Source: Candidatus Roizmanbacteria bacterium
GTDB lineage: Bacteria > Patescibacteriota > Microgenomatia > UBA1406
Direction: 5' to 3'
DNA: 64,000 bases
Assembly (NCBI GenBank): GCA_024654535.1
Contig: JANLHL010000016.1
Coordinates: forward strand, 160,626-224,625
Each line of letters opens with the position of its first letter. The stretch's first letter is position 1. Position numbers and translations under genes: made by a program. Under the pieces are notes generated by a model. It saw only the letters and a list, made by a program, of their open reading frames with translations. It ran no database searches and was not told where the DNA came from. Shown one piece after another: positions 1-9,519 of the stretch.

Positions 1-210
1 ATTTTTTGTAATCCAATCATTTAATTCTTTACAGTGAGAGCAGGTCGAACCCCAAAAGTAGATAAAATCACTCTTTTTCAAATTATGCGTAGTAACAGTG
101 GTTGTTGATGTAGAAGTACTTTGATCTTTTGCAGTGAATGAATATGCCGCATACGTAATACCTAACAGCAAAAAGACAGCCGCTGCACCTATGATAAATT
201 CTTTCTTCAT
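1..210 (-). CDS. Thioredoxin-fold thiol:disulfide oxidoreductase-like protein, membrane anchored (N-terminal part only, runs off left edge)
   Basis: Not in ORF track because there is no stop in the window. Reverse complement of 1-210 reads MKKEFIIGAAAVFLLLGITYAAYSFTAKDQSTSTSTTTVTTHNLKKSDFIYFWGSTCSHCKELNDWITKN. This is an N-terminal hydrophobic anchor followed by FWGSTCSHC (CxxC), typical of the Trx/DsbA/TlpA fold. TAGACT box (rc of 217-222) lies 6 nt before the ATG. Confidence 0.65.
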   Translation of the reverse strand, partial: MKKEFIIGAAAVFLLLGITYAAYSFTAKDQSTSTSTTTVTTHNLKKSDFIYFWGSTCSHCKELNDWITKN

Positions 211-241
211 ATTGGGAGTCTAGCGCATAACTCAGAAAAAC

Positions 242-1603
242 TCAACAGCCGTTTTTCTTGTAGACTCTGTAATATGTGTTCTTGTAATACAACATCGACA
301 TGAAACGCAATACTCCTTCTTGCTCTGCTGGTTCTATATAACCAGTTATGATATAACACGAAGATTTGTTGCTGTAGTCACGATAGATTCGCTTGTTTAG
401 TAAATAAGATAGCTCTGGCGCGTTATGCCAACCAATACCAGATATCGTTTTATCCTTCAATACGTGAACTATATTAAGCTGGTCTTTCAAAAGTGTGTCT
501 TTCGAAAAAGTGGGTACGCGGCGATATTCAATAAATAAACTGTTCTCAATAAGAAAACTTGGATTACTATATAGTTTTCTTTGCCCTATCAACCCACAAC
601 TCCATAAAAAGATAGAGAACACGATCACGAAAAACCCAAATCGAGATTTGCTCCAATAGGGGAGACAAACGGCTGCACTTAAGAGAATTGGGAAAAAAGT
701 TCGATAAAAGGTATTAGGCCCAAGAAATAGATAATACAACCCATAGAAAACGCCGTAGAGAGCGATATAGAAACCAACTAATGTTCCAAAGCGAAGTGCT
801 CCTATGAAAGCAAAAACGAGAAATAGAATCAGTAACAACGGAGAAAACCCAACTATCTCTCCAAGAATTTTAAATCTACTTACAATAAGATCTACGTGTA
901 CGTGCGTCTGAGAATGAACAAAAGTCGTGTAGTTTGACACATTCTGTATATATGCTTGTACAGATCCTAACGAGCTAAAGCGAACTATCTCTCCAAGCAC
1001 AATAGGAATAAGTAAAAAAATGAAAAAACGGATACTGCTACGCAGAGAGACATGCTTCGACGTATCTGAAATTATCATGGATAAGACAAGTGGTACCAGT
1101 GCGAATACGGCACTATTTTTAGTAATGACAGCGAGGCCAATACAAATGCCAGCTTGTTGAAATCGTTTCTTTTCAAGTAAAATATAACCAGCAGTCATCC
1201 ATACAAATGCTGGTAGTTCACCGAGGATATGTGTCGAAAATAAATTTGATAGCGGTATGAGGCTAAACATAATCAGAAACACCATAAATTGAGTGAGAGA
1301 CGTATACACATACCGTACTAGTAGCCAAAAGAGTACCAACGTATATATGAGGATGACAAGACGAGGTGCCCACCACGAGAAATGTACAAGTAATGCTGCG
1401 GGCAATAGTACTGGCCACCCAGTGGTTATATGGCTATCGAAAACGGCATCGAACGTTGCATACATACCCTTTGTGTGAAGGAGTAGCGGAACTTGCAGAT
1501 TGTACCCTTCGTCAAATACTAAATGCGAAAATAGAATATTTGAACAAAGCATGAGAAACACATATACAAAGATTGTGACTGCAATCACCTTACTCAATCG
1601 CAT
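242..1603 (-). CDS. Polytopic membrane glycosyltransferase, GT-C fold (ArnT/PMT, GT39-like)
   Basis: 453-aa ORF with many hydrophobic helices. Acidic first-loop motif VFDEGYNL as in ArnT/PMT-type enzymes. TATGAT box (rc 1610-1615) 6 nt before ATG. Confidence 0.6.
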   Translation of the reverse strand: MRLSKVIAVTIFVYVFLMLCSNILFSHLVFDEGYNLQVPLLLHTKGMYATFDAVFDSHITTGWPVLLPAALLVHFSWWAPRLVILIYTLVLFWLLVRYVYTSLTQFMVFLIMFSLIPLSNLFSTHILGELPAFVWMTAGYILLEKKRFQQAGICIGLAVITKNSAVFALVPLVLSMIISDTSKHVSLRSSIRFFIFLLIPIVLGEIVRFSSLGSVQAYIQNVSNYTTFVHSQTHVHVDLIVSRFKILGEIVGFSPLLLILFLVFAFIGALRFGTLVGFYIALYGVFYGLYYLFLGPNTFYRTFFPILLSAAVCLPYWSKSRFGFFVIVFSIFLWSCGLIGQRKLYSNPSFLIENSLFIEYRRVPTFSKDTLLKDQLNIVHVLKDKTISGIGWHNAPELSYLLNKRIYRDYSNKSSCYIITGYIEPAEQEGVLRFMSMLYYKNTYYRVYKKNGC

Positions 1604-1686
1604 GGAGCAATCATACGTTACAGAGTATATATTTCAGTCGATTATAGTCTATATATAGACGGGTTTAGGCTGTTCGAATAGTAAAA

Positions 1687-3096
1687 TTATCGACCTACAC
1701 CTAACACTGCATGTGCAATATCTTTCATACGTTGTACGAATGGCAAATAAACCCTAAATTCTGGTACTGGTGTAGCAGTTGGCGGTACAGGGGTATCGGT
1801 TGGTGGAACAGGAGTTGCAGTATCGGTTGGTGTCGGTGGAACAGGAGTTGCAGTATCGGTTGGAGGTACTGGCGTTTCGGTGTCTGTCGCAGTGGCCGTT
1901 GCAGTGGCAGTATCTGTGGGCGTAGGTGTTGGCGGTGGGTCAATAAGACTATATTCTACAGCAATCATATGCATGAAACCTTCGAGATTAGTAAATTCAC
2001 CATCTGCATTATTACCATACTGCGCAATTAACTCTTTCATTCGTGCGATTGGTATTATTGCAGCGCCATCTGGTCGCAAACCTTGAGCCATTTGCATAAT
2101 CGCTGCCATTTCAGAAACCGGTATGTGCGGACCAGCCACATAATTTATGTCGTTAGGATTTACATATCCCCAGATTTGCCCTGGTAATAGCACATCGCTA
2201 TGCCCAGAATCTGCTGGATTTTGAGATGATCCCGCAATAATTACGTGTTGAGCAATATCCGGGTCGTTTGCGAGGGTGGTTCCTGGAGCAAACACGATGG
2301 TGACACCTTTCCCAGCAGCTTTAGCTATATCTGCTTTTAGTAAATTTGAGGGCTCTGTATAAGCACCATCTACAGCTACCACCGTAATACCTTTAGAATC
2401 TTTTGCAACCAAACTCATAGCAGATGCTACGGCATTAGTTTGATCCAGTAAAGACGTGTCACTTCTTGTTCTTATGACACCCGGGATGACCATACTGGCG
2501 ACTGGTGAAATTCCCGTAAGTCCCATACCGTTATCTGGTAATGAAAATGGGCTTACCATTCCGTTAGAAGCTTGATTATCAGCAAAGACTGTAAAGGTAT
2601 TATCTCCACCTTCATTCCAGTCTCGTGAATAAGGATGATTCGCAGTTCCCCTAACGACAATGGTATCTATATCTACAGGATCATTTGGGTCATAGCCAAT
2701 ACCACCGCCTAGTAGTAACACAGCATTTTGTGGGTCTGGATTGGGGTTGTTTGGATCGTACACGTATCCAGGGTGTGCTAATACGTATAATTCATTGTAT
2801 CTCGCTATGGCACTAAGGTAATCTTGCTCAGTTCCACCTGCTATTGCAGCTAATTCTGGAATCTGATGGAAATATTCTGGATCAGTTGGGACTAGCAAGT
2901 TCAACGCATCGGGTATACGATATAATTGAGCATCAGCATCTATCCCAACAGGAGCAACAGTGGCAGCTTGAGCTACTGGAGGTCTAAAGAATCTAGCTAA
3001 CCAAGGGAATGCGGCAATTGTTGCAAGTGCAGCTGCTCCAACAGAAGTATCTCTTATCAATTCACGTCTCGTTATTCCAACTCTATCTTTATCCAT
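1687..3096 (-). CDS. Secreted protein of unknown function with twin-arginine signal and Thr/Pro-rich C-terminal linker
   Basis: N-terminus MDKDRVGITRRELIRDTSVGAAALATIAAF (RR + hydrophobic core). C-terminus PPPTPTPTDTATATATATDTETPVPPTDTATPVPPTPTDTATPVPPTDTPVPPTATPVPEF followed by a 22-aa tail RVYLPFVQRMKDIAHAVLGVGR. TGtTACAAT (rc 3103-3111) 6 nt before ATG. Confidence 0.75.
   Translation of the reverse strand: MDKDRVGITRRELIRDTSVGAAALATIAAFPWLARFFRPPVAQAATVAPVGIDADAQLYRIPDALNLLVPTDPEYFHQIPELAAIAGGTEQDYLSAIARYNELYVLAHPGYVYDPNNPNPDPQNAVLLLGGGIGYDPNDPVDIDTIVVRGTANHPYSRDWNEGGDNTFTVFADNQASNGMVSPFSLPDNGMGLTGISPVASMVIPGVIRTRSDTSLLDQTNAVASAMSLVAKDSKGITVVAVDGAYTEPSNLLKADIAKAAGKGVTIVFAPGTTLANDPDIAQHVIIAGSSQNPADSGHSDVLLPGQIWGYVNPNDINYVAGPHIPVSEMAAIMQMAQGLRPDGAAIIPIARMKELIAQYGNNADGEFTNLEGFMHMIAVEYSLIDPPPTPTPTDTATATATATDTETPVPPTDTATPVPPTPTDTATPVPPTDTPVPPTATPVPEFRVYLPFVQRMKDIAHAVLGVGR
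1765..1950 (-). repeat. Coding low-complexity Thr/Pro/Ala/Asp linker with exact 29-nt direct repeat
   Basis: ggtggaacaggagttgcagtatcggttgg occurs at 1802-1830 and again at 1835-1863 (33-nt period). The surrounding sequence encodes the PT-rich linker of ORF 1687..3096. Confidence 0.85.
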
Positions 3097-3131
3097 ACTG
3101 TTATTGTAACATATAGGTTTTGTACGAAAAC

Positions 3132-4076
3132 TTAAGTCACCATTGTTCTTATCGTTGCTATTCGTCTAAGTATCATATCGTGCGTTGGCGCATGGTTTGC
3201 AGCCCCATATACCTCTACTGCAAAGCTAGCGAGCGCATTCGCCTGAATGATACTTTCCTCAATCGAAATGTTTTGGGCTATCCCTGCCAAAAAACCCGCC
3301 CGCCACGCATCGCCACCGCCACTGGGATCTACAACCTTCTTGACCGAATACGCAGGTATCGTGTATGTATTATTTTTATCTTGATATCGAGCGCCGCGTG
3401 CGCCAAGTGTCGTTATGAGCGCTATGCCTTTGTGTACTAATGCTTGGGCAGTGGTATTAAGACGTTTTAGTATTTGGGTAACCTCATACTCATTACCAGA
3501 GACGTAACGAGCGTTTAAAACCCCACGCTTTAAATCTGTGTCCGTCAACCACGACAAAGACATGCCTGAGTCATATAAATAATCGACATGTAGTGCAACA
3601 GCCTCGTTCTGAAAGTGTAAAAAACTTTTGGGGTGATTTGCCAAAATAACTACTAAACTGTGTGCGTCTATACAGGGTTTCAGTGAAATTGAACTTGATT
3701 TTTCAGATGCACCGTAATAAAAATTCCATACTTGGTTTCCGTCGAGATCGGTTACTACTGTGCCATTCGCACTATATAATGTGGTATCGCGCAAAATGTG
3801 CGTTGTTGAAAGCCTGTGTTTTTTATAGAACTGTAAAAGCTCAGCACCGTCTTTACCCACAGCACCCAATATAGTCACTTTTTCAGGGCAAAGAAACGAT
3901 AAATTATAGGCAACGTTTGTGGCAGTACCACCGAAGCGTTTTTCCATCTTGTTTGCAACAAACGACGTATTTAGCTTATCCAAATGGCGTGGATCAATGA
4001 CACTCTTAAATCGAGAAGGGAAGTGCATAATAGTATCGTACGAAATCGACCCCGTCACGATAATGGATGTATACAT
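3132..4076 (-). CDS. PfkB-family carbohydrate/nucleoside kinase (ribokinase/adenosine-kinase-like)
   Basis: C-terminal PfkB signature DPSGGGDAWRAGFLAG. N-terminus MYTSIIVTGSISYD is typical. The track ORF starts at TTG 4115, but ATG 4076 gives the canonical N-terminus. Confidence 0.8.
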   Translation of the reverse strand: MYTSIIVTGSISYDTIMHFPSRFKSVIDPRHLDKLNTSFVANKMEKRFGGTATNVAYNLSFLCPEKVTILGAVGKDGAELLQFYKKHRLSTTHILRDTTLYSANGTVVTDLDGNQVWNFYYGASEKSSSISLKPCIDAHSLVVILANHPKSFLHFQNEAVALHVDYLYDSGMSLSWLTDTDLKRGVLNARYVSGNEYEVTQILKRLNTTAQALVHKGIALITTLGARGARYQDKNNTYTIPAYSVKKVVDPSGGGDAWRAGFLAGIAQNISIEESIIQANALASFAVEVYGAANHAPTHDMILRRIATIRTMVT

Positions 4077-4127
4077 TATTGGAGGTATAGTACTATATTG
4101 AAGTTTAAAAATCAAAATTAAAATGTA

Positions 4128-5132
4128 TTAACGCACGCCATACATGGTGTCGGCGAGTGAATGAATGGTACTTATCAATTCTGAGTTTTTAAGTACAGAC
4201 TGTAGCGTACCTTCTGGCATGATTGGCTTGCCAGAGCGCATCCAATTGTTCGTTAGTGTATCTATGGTTCTCTCTATTTGTGGCGTTTTCTGAGCTGCAC
4301 TGGCAGCCATATATAAATACTGATCTCCGTGACTAGACTGCCATGGCGCCTCATTAGCAAATATAGCGTTGGCAAAAGAATTACCAACAACAAGTAATGG
4401 GAATACATCGAATATGCGCCATAGATCGCTCGTTGCATTCGTCATTTCATTTATTGCAATTGATGCACCAATTTTCTGAAGAACAGAAGTGTTCGTAATT
4501 GCTTGATTATCTGAGCTTTGAAAAGTCATTCCATCTTCTCGTAATATATTTATCAGATCCCTCTGCATTCTAAAACCAAACGCGTGTGATACATATTCTT
4601 TCGCTAAAAACTGTGCAATAATAAAATCCGTGTTCAACGTTAATTGCTCTGTTCGCCCAAGATTTATGCCAAAATACAGTGAGCTAAATGGCTTACCGGT
4701 GTGGACACTCTTATCAGGCATAGTGTATATAAATCCAGCGTTAGGATCTTGTTCCCAACTTTCGATACCAAGTGCAGCCAAAGACGCATTGTTTCTATCT
4801 GTCATTATAGGCATCGGAAATGATCCCTCGTTCACATAATCTGGAAAATCTGCTGGTCGCGAACGCGCAGTTGCTAATGCTTGGATCTGGTCAGCTGCAA
4901 ATCCATAAAAGGGGACTCTACTCCCTTTTAGATTGGCTAAGTATTTTTCCAAATCTACTTCGGCAAGGAAATCTTTACCAACAAGCCCAGGTATGTGTGA
5001 CACTGCTTCGGGATTGTATCCAGGAATAACAGCGTTTGCTCCTTCTCCTGAAGCACATGCAGCAAGCACAAGACCTAATACCGCAGCGGGTGGAATCAGG
5101 CAAAAGGCTCTCCTTGAAATATCTGTTTTCAT
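4128..5132 (-). CDS. Putative Tat-exported lipoprotein, unknown function
   Basis: MKTDISRRAFCLIPPAAVLGLVLAAC: SRRxFxL Tat-like motif plus lipobox LAAC. No recognisable catalytic motif. Confidence 0.65.
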   Translation of the reverse strand: MKTDISRRAFCLIPPAAVLGLVLAACASGEGANAVIPGYNPEAVSHIPGLVGKDFLAEVDLEKYLANLKGSRVPFYGFAADQIQALATARSRPADFPDYVNEGSFPMPIMTDRNNASLAALGIESWEQDPNAGFIYTMPDKSVHTGKPFSSLYFGINLGRTEQLTLNTDFIIAQFLAKEYVSHAFGFRMQRDLINILREDGMTFQSSDNQAITNTSVLQKIGASIAINEMTNATSDLWRIFDVFPLLVVGNSFANAIFANEAPWQSSHGDQYLYMAASAAQKTPQIERTIDTLTNNWMRSGKPIMPEGTLQSVLKNSELISTIHSLADTMYGVR

Positions 5133-5142
5133 TGAACTAATT

Positions 5143-5171
5143 ATTATAGGATATTTTTAGCATGTATACAA
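5143..5171 (-). promoter_or_regulatory. Sigma70-like promoter TTGTAT-17-TATAAT for ORF 4128..5132
   Basis: On the minus strand, TTGTAT (rc 5166-5171), exactly 17 nt, then TATAAT (rc 5143-5148), then 10 nt to ATG 5132. Confidence 0.45.
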
Positions 5172-5207
5172 GCCTAAGTGTGTAATGTAGTAAAAATATA
5201 TTTGTAT

Positions 5208-5330
5208 TTTTTGACATTTGAACTTTGACATTCAATTGGCATTTGACATTGAGATTTGGTCATTTATTTGTCATTAGAACTTTGTCATTTGACATTAATT
5301 GGATATTTGATATTGGATATTGGATATTTT
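5208..5330 (+). repeat. Heptamer array, forward orientation (TTTGACA/TTTGAAC/TTGGATA words)
   Basis: Reads tttgaca tttgaac tttgaca ttcaa ttggca tttgaca ttgaga tttggtca tttat ttgtca ttagaac tttgtca tttgaca ttaa ttggata tttgata ttggata ttggata. Same vocabulary as the nine other intergenic sites. Confidence 0.9.
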
Positions 5331-5347
5331 CCTATATACTTGTATCC

Positions 5348-6604
5348 ATGAAGCTCCGCTTTAAAAACTTCCTGGGTAACAAGTTTGTAAAAGGGGGACT
5401 CGTGTTTACTCTCGCAAATATATTCGTCAGTCTATTCAACTACCTTTTCAATTCTCTCTCTGCAAAAGCGCTTGGCCCACAGGGGTATGGCGAAATTGCT
5501 GCTTTTTTTGCCTATCTCGTAATAGTTTCTGTTCCACTGGGAATAATTTCAACACTTATTATTCAAAAGTTGGGAAGTGTCGGAGAAAATAGGGCTGTAT
5601 ACGCTCTGTCTTTTGACTTGTGGTTTCGATCGCGCATCCGTAAATGGTGGTTTCTATTCTTACTACCTATACTGGCTATCCCACTAGTGCCTCGCATTAC
5701 TAACCTCAGCCTTGTCGCGTCTATTGGCTTATCGAGTATCATAAGCATTACCATGCTCACCGGTGTGTACATAGCGCTCATACAAGGACTCCAACTCTTT
5801 ACCACTTTTAGCTTGCTGTCGGTGTCTCAAACGCTTATAAAACTTGTTGGGGCACTCTTGGTGTTTTGGAAACTTGGTAATTTGTCGACAATCATATTTT
5901 TTATTGTCGTTGGTAATGTCACGACGTACGTACTCGCGCGCATGCGTATTACTCGTTTACAAAGCGCGTTTAGTGCATTTAAACACATAACATTTGACAA
6001 TCGCATAGTACATATACTACAGAGGAAGCAAACCATAATAGCCGTATGTTCACTCATCAGCATAACCTTACTGAGCAATGCAGATATAATTTTTGTGAAG
6101 AAATTCTTTGATCCTGTCGATGCAGGGCTCTACGGTGTATGGAGTTTGTTTGCAAAAATAATTATGTATATTGCTGGTCCGCTTATATCGGTTCTCTTTA
6201 TCTTTTTTGCAGATAGTCAGGAAAAACGCATGCATGGAAAACTTCTCGTTGCAGTCACGGCGATTTTTTTGCTCGGCACGCTATGTTCATTTGCCGTCTA
6301 CCAACTATATGGAAATATTCTTCTTAGTCTTATCGCAAGTAAGGCATACAGCCCGGTACTGACGTATTTACCCATGGCTGCACTGTTTGGCGGATTGTAT
6401 GGGCTTATTACAATCTATAACAACTATTTCATAGCCCAAAATAACAAAGGGGCTCTCATAAATACATTCACTGTACCACTCTATATAGCTTCACTCTTCT
6501 TATTCGGCCACACGTTAGAAAAGGTAATTTGGGTAAATATTTACTATGGCATGTTTGTTGTCTCAATAACATGGGTATGGTTGCTTGCGTCATCAAAAGA
6601 ATAA
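5348..6604 (+). CDS. Oligosaccharide/polysaccharide flippase (Wzx-like, MOP superfamily)
   Basis: About 12 TM helices, N-terminus MKLRFKNFLGNKFVKGGLVFTLANIF typical of Wzx/RfbX proteins. Track start 5225 (TTG) translates the heptamer array, so ATG 5348 is preferred. TATACT 5335-5340 lies 7 nt upstream. Confidence 0.7.
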   Translation: MKLRFKNFLGNKFVKGGLVFTLANIFVSLFNYLFNSLSAKALGPQGYGEIAAFFAYLVIVSVPLGIISTLIIQKLGSVGENRAVYALSFDLWFRSRIRKWWFLFLLPILAIPLVPRITNLSLVASIGLSSIISITMLTGVYIALIQGLQLFTTFSLLSVSQTLIKLVGALLVFWKLGNLSTIIFFIVVGNVTTYVLARMRITRLQSAFSAFKHITFDNRIVHILQRKQTIIAVCSLISITLLSNADIIFVKKFFDPVDAGLYGVWSLFAKIIMYIAGPLISVLFIFFADSQEKRMHGKLLVAVTAIFLLGTLCSFAVYQLYGNILLSLIASKAYSPVLTYLPMAALFGGLYGLITIYNNYFIAQNNKGALINTFTVPLYIASLFLFGHTLEKVIWVNIYYGMFVVSITWVWLLASSKE

Positions 6605-6634
6605 ATGTGTTTTGCATAGTGTATACTTTCACTT

Positions 6635-7375
6635 ATGAAGCAAAGTGGACATTTTTTAAGCCTCATCATTCCCGTCTATAAACAAGAGAGTACTGTTGTC
6701 AAAAATGTTCAGGAAATTCAAAAAGTACTCGACACTATCCGCTACGACTACGAAGTACTTATTGTAATAGATGGGCTAGTCGATCAATCACACGAACTGT
6801 TAAAAAAAGCTCATATACCAAAAACAAGGATCATTTACTTTAAAAAAAATCAGGGAAAAGCTTTTGCAATACGCACCGGTATGGAAAAAGCAAAAGGCGA
6901 CTACATAATGTTTATGGATTCGGGTATGGAGATAGACCCAAATGGCATTTCTATGTTACTTGAGCACATGGAGTGGTACAACGCAGACATTATAGTGGGG
7001 AGCAAGCGTCATCAGGCGTCGCAAGTGCAGTATTCCAGACAGCGCAAAGTATTAAGTTACGGCTATTACTATATTGTGAAACTCATGTTTGGTATAAAGG
7101 TTACCGATACGCAGGCTGGTATAAAAATATTTAAGAAAAATGTACTCAAAAAAATACTTCCCAAGCTTGTTGAAAAAAAATTCGTCGGCGATCTTGAAAT
7201 GCTCGTTGCTGCAAAAAGCTTAGGGTTCGACAGAATCTACGAAGCACCTATTAAGCTCAGCTATGCCATTGGCCCGCTCTCGAGCGCAGCAACGGTACAG
7301 TCTATAGCAGGAATTCTTCTCGATACGCTTGCTATTTGGTACAGGGTGTTTATTCTGAAGTGGTATACCAAATAA
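6635..7375 (+). CDS. GT2 glycosyltransferase (polyprenol-phosphate sugar transferase-like)
   Basis: LSLIIPVYKQESTV, IVIDGLVDQS and FMDSGMEIDP (DxD-type) motifs of GT-A/GT2. Confidence 0.8.
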   Translation: MKQSGHFLSLIIPVYKQESTVVKNVQEIQKVLDTIRYDYEVLIVIDGLVDQSHELLKKAHIPKTRIIYFKKNQGKAFAIRTGMEKAKGDYIMFMDSGMEIDPNGISMLLEHMEWYNADIIVGSKRHQASQVQYSRQRKVLSYGYYYIVKLMFGIKVTDTQAGIKIFKKNVLKKILPKLVEKKFVGDLEMLVAAKSLGFDRIYEAPIKLSYAIGPLSSAATVQSIAGILLDTLAIWYRVFILKWYTK

Positions 7376-7407
7376 AAGCACACATATCCTTATTCTAATA
7401 ACCGCTA

Positions 7408-7416
7408 TGCTATACT
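7408..7416 (+). promoter_or_regulatory. Extended -10 box TGcTATACT, 6 nt before ATG 7423
   Basis: tgctatact at 7408-7416, spacer tttcac, then ATG. No SD. Confidence 0.45.
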
Positions 7417-7422
7417 TTTCAC

Positions 7423-8499
7423 ATGGTGAAAAAGACCCGCTATTGTTTTTTTGTTGGCACACAAGCCGAGCTTATAAAACTTCTCCCCGTTATCCGTGAA
7501 TTTGAAAAAAGAAACATACCCTTTACCTTTATTTCTTCAGGGCAAAATGAACTATCAAAAGAACTTTTAGGTAACGCACACGTCGATATACAGCTTCACG
7601 AAAAAATATTATTTCCCCACATGATTTGGGTAATCGTGTGGTTTTTCCAAACGATGTTGCGAGGTTTTTTTATCATTAATAAACGCATCAAACGATCTGA
7701 ACGCGGCATAATGCTAATCCATGGTGACACTATTTCAAGCCTTATGGGTGCACTGCTCGGTAGGGCACTCGGCTTTAAAATCGCACACATAGAGGCAGGT
7801 CTCCGATCATTTAAACTAACGTCTCCATTTCCTGAAGAGATAGATCGCCTTATAATCTCAAAACTTACAACCTACCATTTCTGCCCAAATAAATGGTCAT
7901 GTGACAACCTTAAGCAAACACGAGGAATAAAAATAGACACAGAGCAAAATACACTGTGGGAACAATATCAAAAAGCTTCCATGAAAAAAATCGCATTAGA
8001 TACTACCCTACATAAACCTTATTTCTTATTCGTTATTCACCGGCAAGAAAACCTTTATAACAGGGAACTGGTGACTTCATTAGTCTCTGAAATTGTTAAA
8101 CAATCTGATCAACTCAACGCAGTATTCATACTGCATGAGCCGACAAAAATAGCACTTATACAATACAACCTCCTAGACACGTTGAAGAAAAATAAAAACG
8201 TTATTCTTCTCCCTCGTCAAGATTATTACCTATTTTCAAAAATCATTGAAAACAGCCAGTTTATGGTCACCGACGGTGGCAGTAACCAAGAGGAGTCGTA
8301 TTACATGGGAAAGCCATGCTTAGTATTGCGAACAGTTACTGAGCGTATCGAAGGCTTAGGAGAGAACGTCGTTATGAGCAATAATAAACTCGAAACAATT
8401 CATGATTTTTTTGTTCACTATAAAAAATATGTGAGAAAACCCCTGGTGACTGCGGCAAAACCGAGTGAAATAATCGTTGACTACTTACAAAACATATGA
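7423..8499 (+). CDS. UDP-N-acetylglucosamine 2-epimerase-like (WecB/MnaA family)
   Basis: GTQAELIKLLPV, IHGDTISSLMGALLG, AHIEAGLRSF and PFPEEIDRLIISKL match the HGDT / EAGLR / PEE-NR signatures of non-hydrolysing UDP-GlcNAc 2-epimerases. Confidence 0.8.
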   Translation: MVKKTRYCFFVGTQAELIKLLPVIREFEKRNIPFTFISSGQNELSKELLGNAHVDIQLHEKILFPHMIWVIVWFFQTMLRGFFIINKRIKRSERGIMLIHGDTISSLMGALLGRALGFKIAHIEAGLRSFKLTSPFPEEIDRLIISKLTTYHFCPNKWSCDNLKQTRGIKIDTEQNTLWEQYQKASMKKIALDTTLHKPYFLFVIHRQENLYNRELVTSLVSEIVKQSDQLNAVFILHEPTKIALIQYNLLDTLKKNKNVILLPRQDYYLFSKIIENSQFMVTDGGSNQEESYYMGKPCLVLRTVTERIEGLGENVVMSNNKLETIHDFFVHYKKYVRKPLVTAAKPSEIIVDYLQNI

Positions 8500-9515
8500 C
8501 AAATCCCACAATAAGCGTAGTTATGCCCACGCTGAATTCTGAGAAAACTCTGGAACAGTCACTTATATCGATAACGAATCAAACATTCTCACAAGATCGG
8601 ATAGAAATACTCGTTGTAGACGGTGGTTCAACAGATACAACTATTTCAATAGCCAAAAAATATAACTGCACCATTCTAAAAAACTTGCGCAAACTTCCAG
8701 AATTTGCAAAACACATTGGCATACGACGTGCTCGTGGACAGTACTGCGTGTTTCTCGATTCAGATGAAGTGCTGACAAACAAAGAGTCACTCAAAACAAA
8801 ATACGAACTCATGGAGCAAAATAGTACCATAAAAAATTGCCTCATCGGTGGGCTTGTAAATCCTTCTCACTATCCATTTATAAATGAGTATGCAAGCCAT
8901 ATTGGCGATCCATTTTCATATTTCATGTACGGTATCGACGCTGGAAATTATAGGCAGAGTTTAGAAAGTAAATTTAAATCAAAGACGAGGCACGACAGGT
9001 ACATACTCTATACAGTTACTAATGAAACGCTACCAATCTGCGACGGTGGGGGACACTTCTTTGATCTGTCTTACCTAAAAAATAATTTCGATATACGAAA
9101 TGAAAAAATTGTCTCTACTATCTTTGAACGCATGGTAGGCAAAACAAAACACTTTGCGATTGTGAAAAATGATTTTGTGCTGCACTATTCAAACACGAGT
9201 GTACGAAAATACTTAAGCAAGATTAGATGGCGAGTCATTGGAAATATACATTACTCGAAAGAAAACATTACCGGATTTTCAGAAAGAGAAAAATCACAAA
9301 CGCTCCTTTTCAGAATCAAAAAATTATTATTTATTCCACTATCTATTTTTCTTATTTGGCCTATCTATTCTTCTGTCATACTTATGAATAAAAATAAAAA
9401 TATTTTATATGCAACCCATATACTGTTTTCAATCTACACAGCGATACTTATTTTATTTTATTACGCATTACGATTTTTAAATATAAAACCAAGAATATCA
9501 GTCTACGGAAAATGA
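8496..9515 (+). CDS. GT2 glycosyltransferase with C-terminal membrane helices
   Basis: ISVVMPTLNSEKTLEQSL, VVDGGSTDTT and FLDSDEVL motifs. Start overlaps the previous stop (ATGA). Confidence 0.8.
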   Translation: MTNPTISVVMPTLNSEKTLEQSLISITNQTFSQDRIEILVVDGGSTDTTISIAKKYNCTILKNLRKLPEFAKHIGIRRARGQYCVFLDSDEVLTNKESLKTKYELMEQNSTIKNCLIGGLVNPSHYPFINEYASHIGDPFSYFMYGIDAGNYRQSLESKFKSKTRHDRYILYTVTNETLPICDGGGHFFDLSYLKNNFDIRNEKIVSTIFERMVGKTKHFAIVKNDFVLHYSNTSVRKYLSKIRWRVIGNIHYSKENITGFSEREKSQTLLFRIKKLLFIPLSIFLIWPIYSSVILMNKNKNILYATHILFSIYTAILILFYYALRFLNIKPRISVYGK

Positions 9516-9519
9516 TAAT

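Noticed and set aside
1687-1764. PEF-CTERM-type sorting signal at the end of ORF 1687..3096 (…PVPEFRVYLPFVQRMKDIAHAVLGVGR)
   Set aside because: The PEF tripeptide is present, but the following 22 residues are not a hydrophobic TM helix with a basic tail, so it does not fit known exosortase or archaeosortase signals.
1293-2086. Short ORFs antisense to or overlapping long genes: 1293..1478, 1366..1554, 1711..2031, 1725..1943, 1880..2086. Comparable ones occur throughout, such as 12181..12537 opposite the ferredoxin and 37405..37860 opposite the GT2
   Set aside because: They lie entirely within longer ORFs that carry recognisable family motifs. Several are just alternative-frame readings of the PT-repeat or AT-rich DNA.
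5225-5347. N-terminal extensions of track ORFs that begin inside repeat arrays: 5225 (MTFNWHLTLRFGHLF...), 34365 (MTFDIYLILVIGYL...), 54434 (…FDIGNWDFICYWIF…) and 48624 (MLAMTGG…)
   Set aside because: The extensions translate heptamer or GTCATTGCGA repeats. Downstream ATGs (5348, 34422, 54305, 48558) give family-typical N-termini, and most have a -10 box 6-7 nt upstream.
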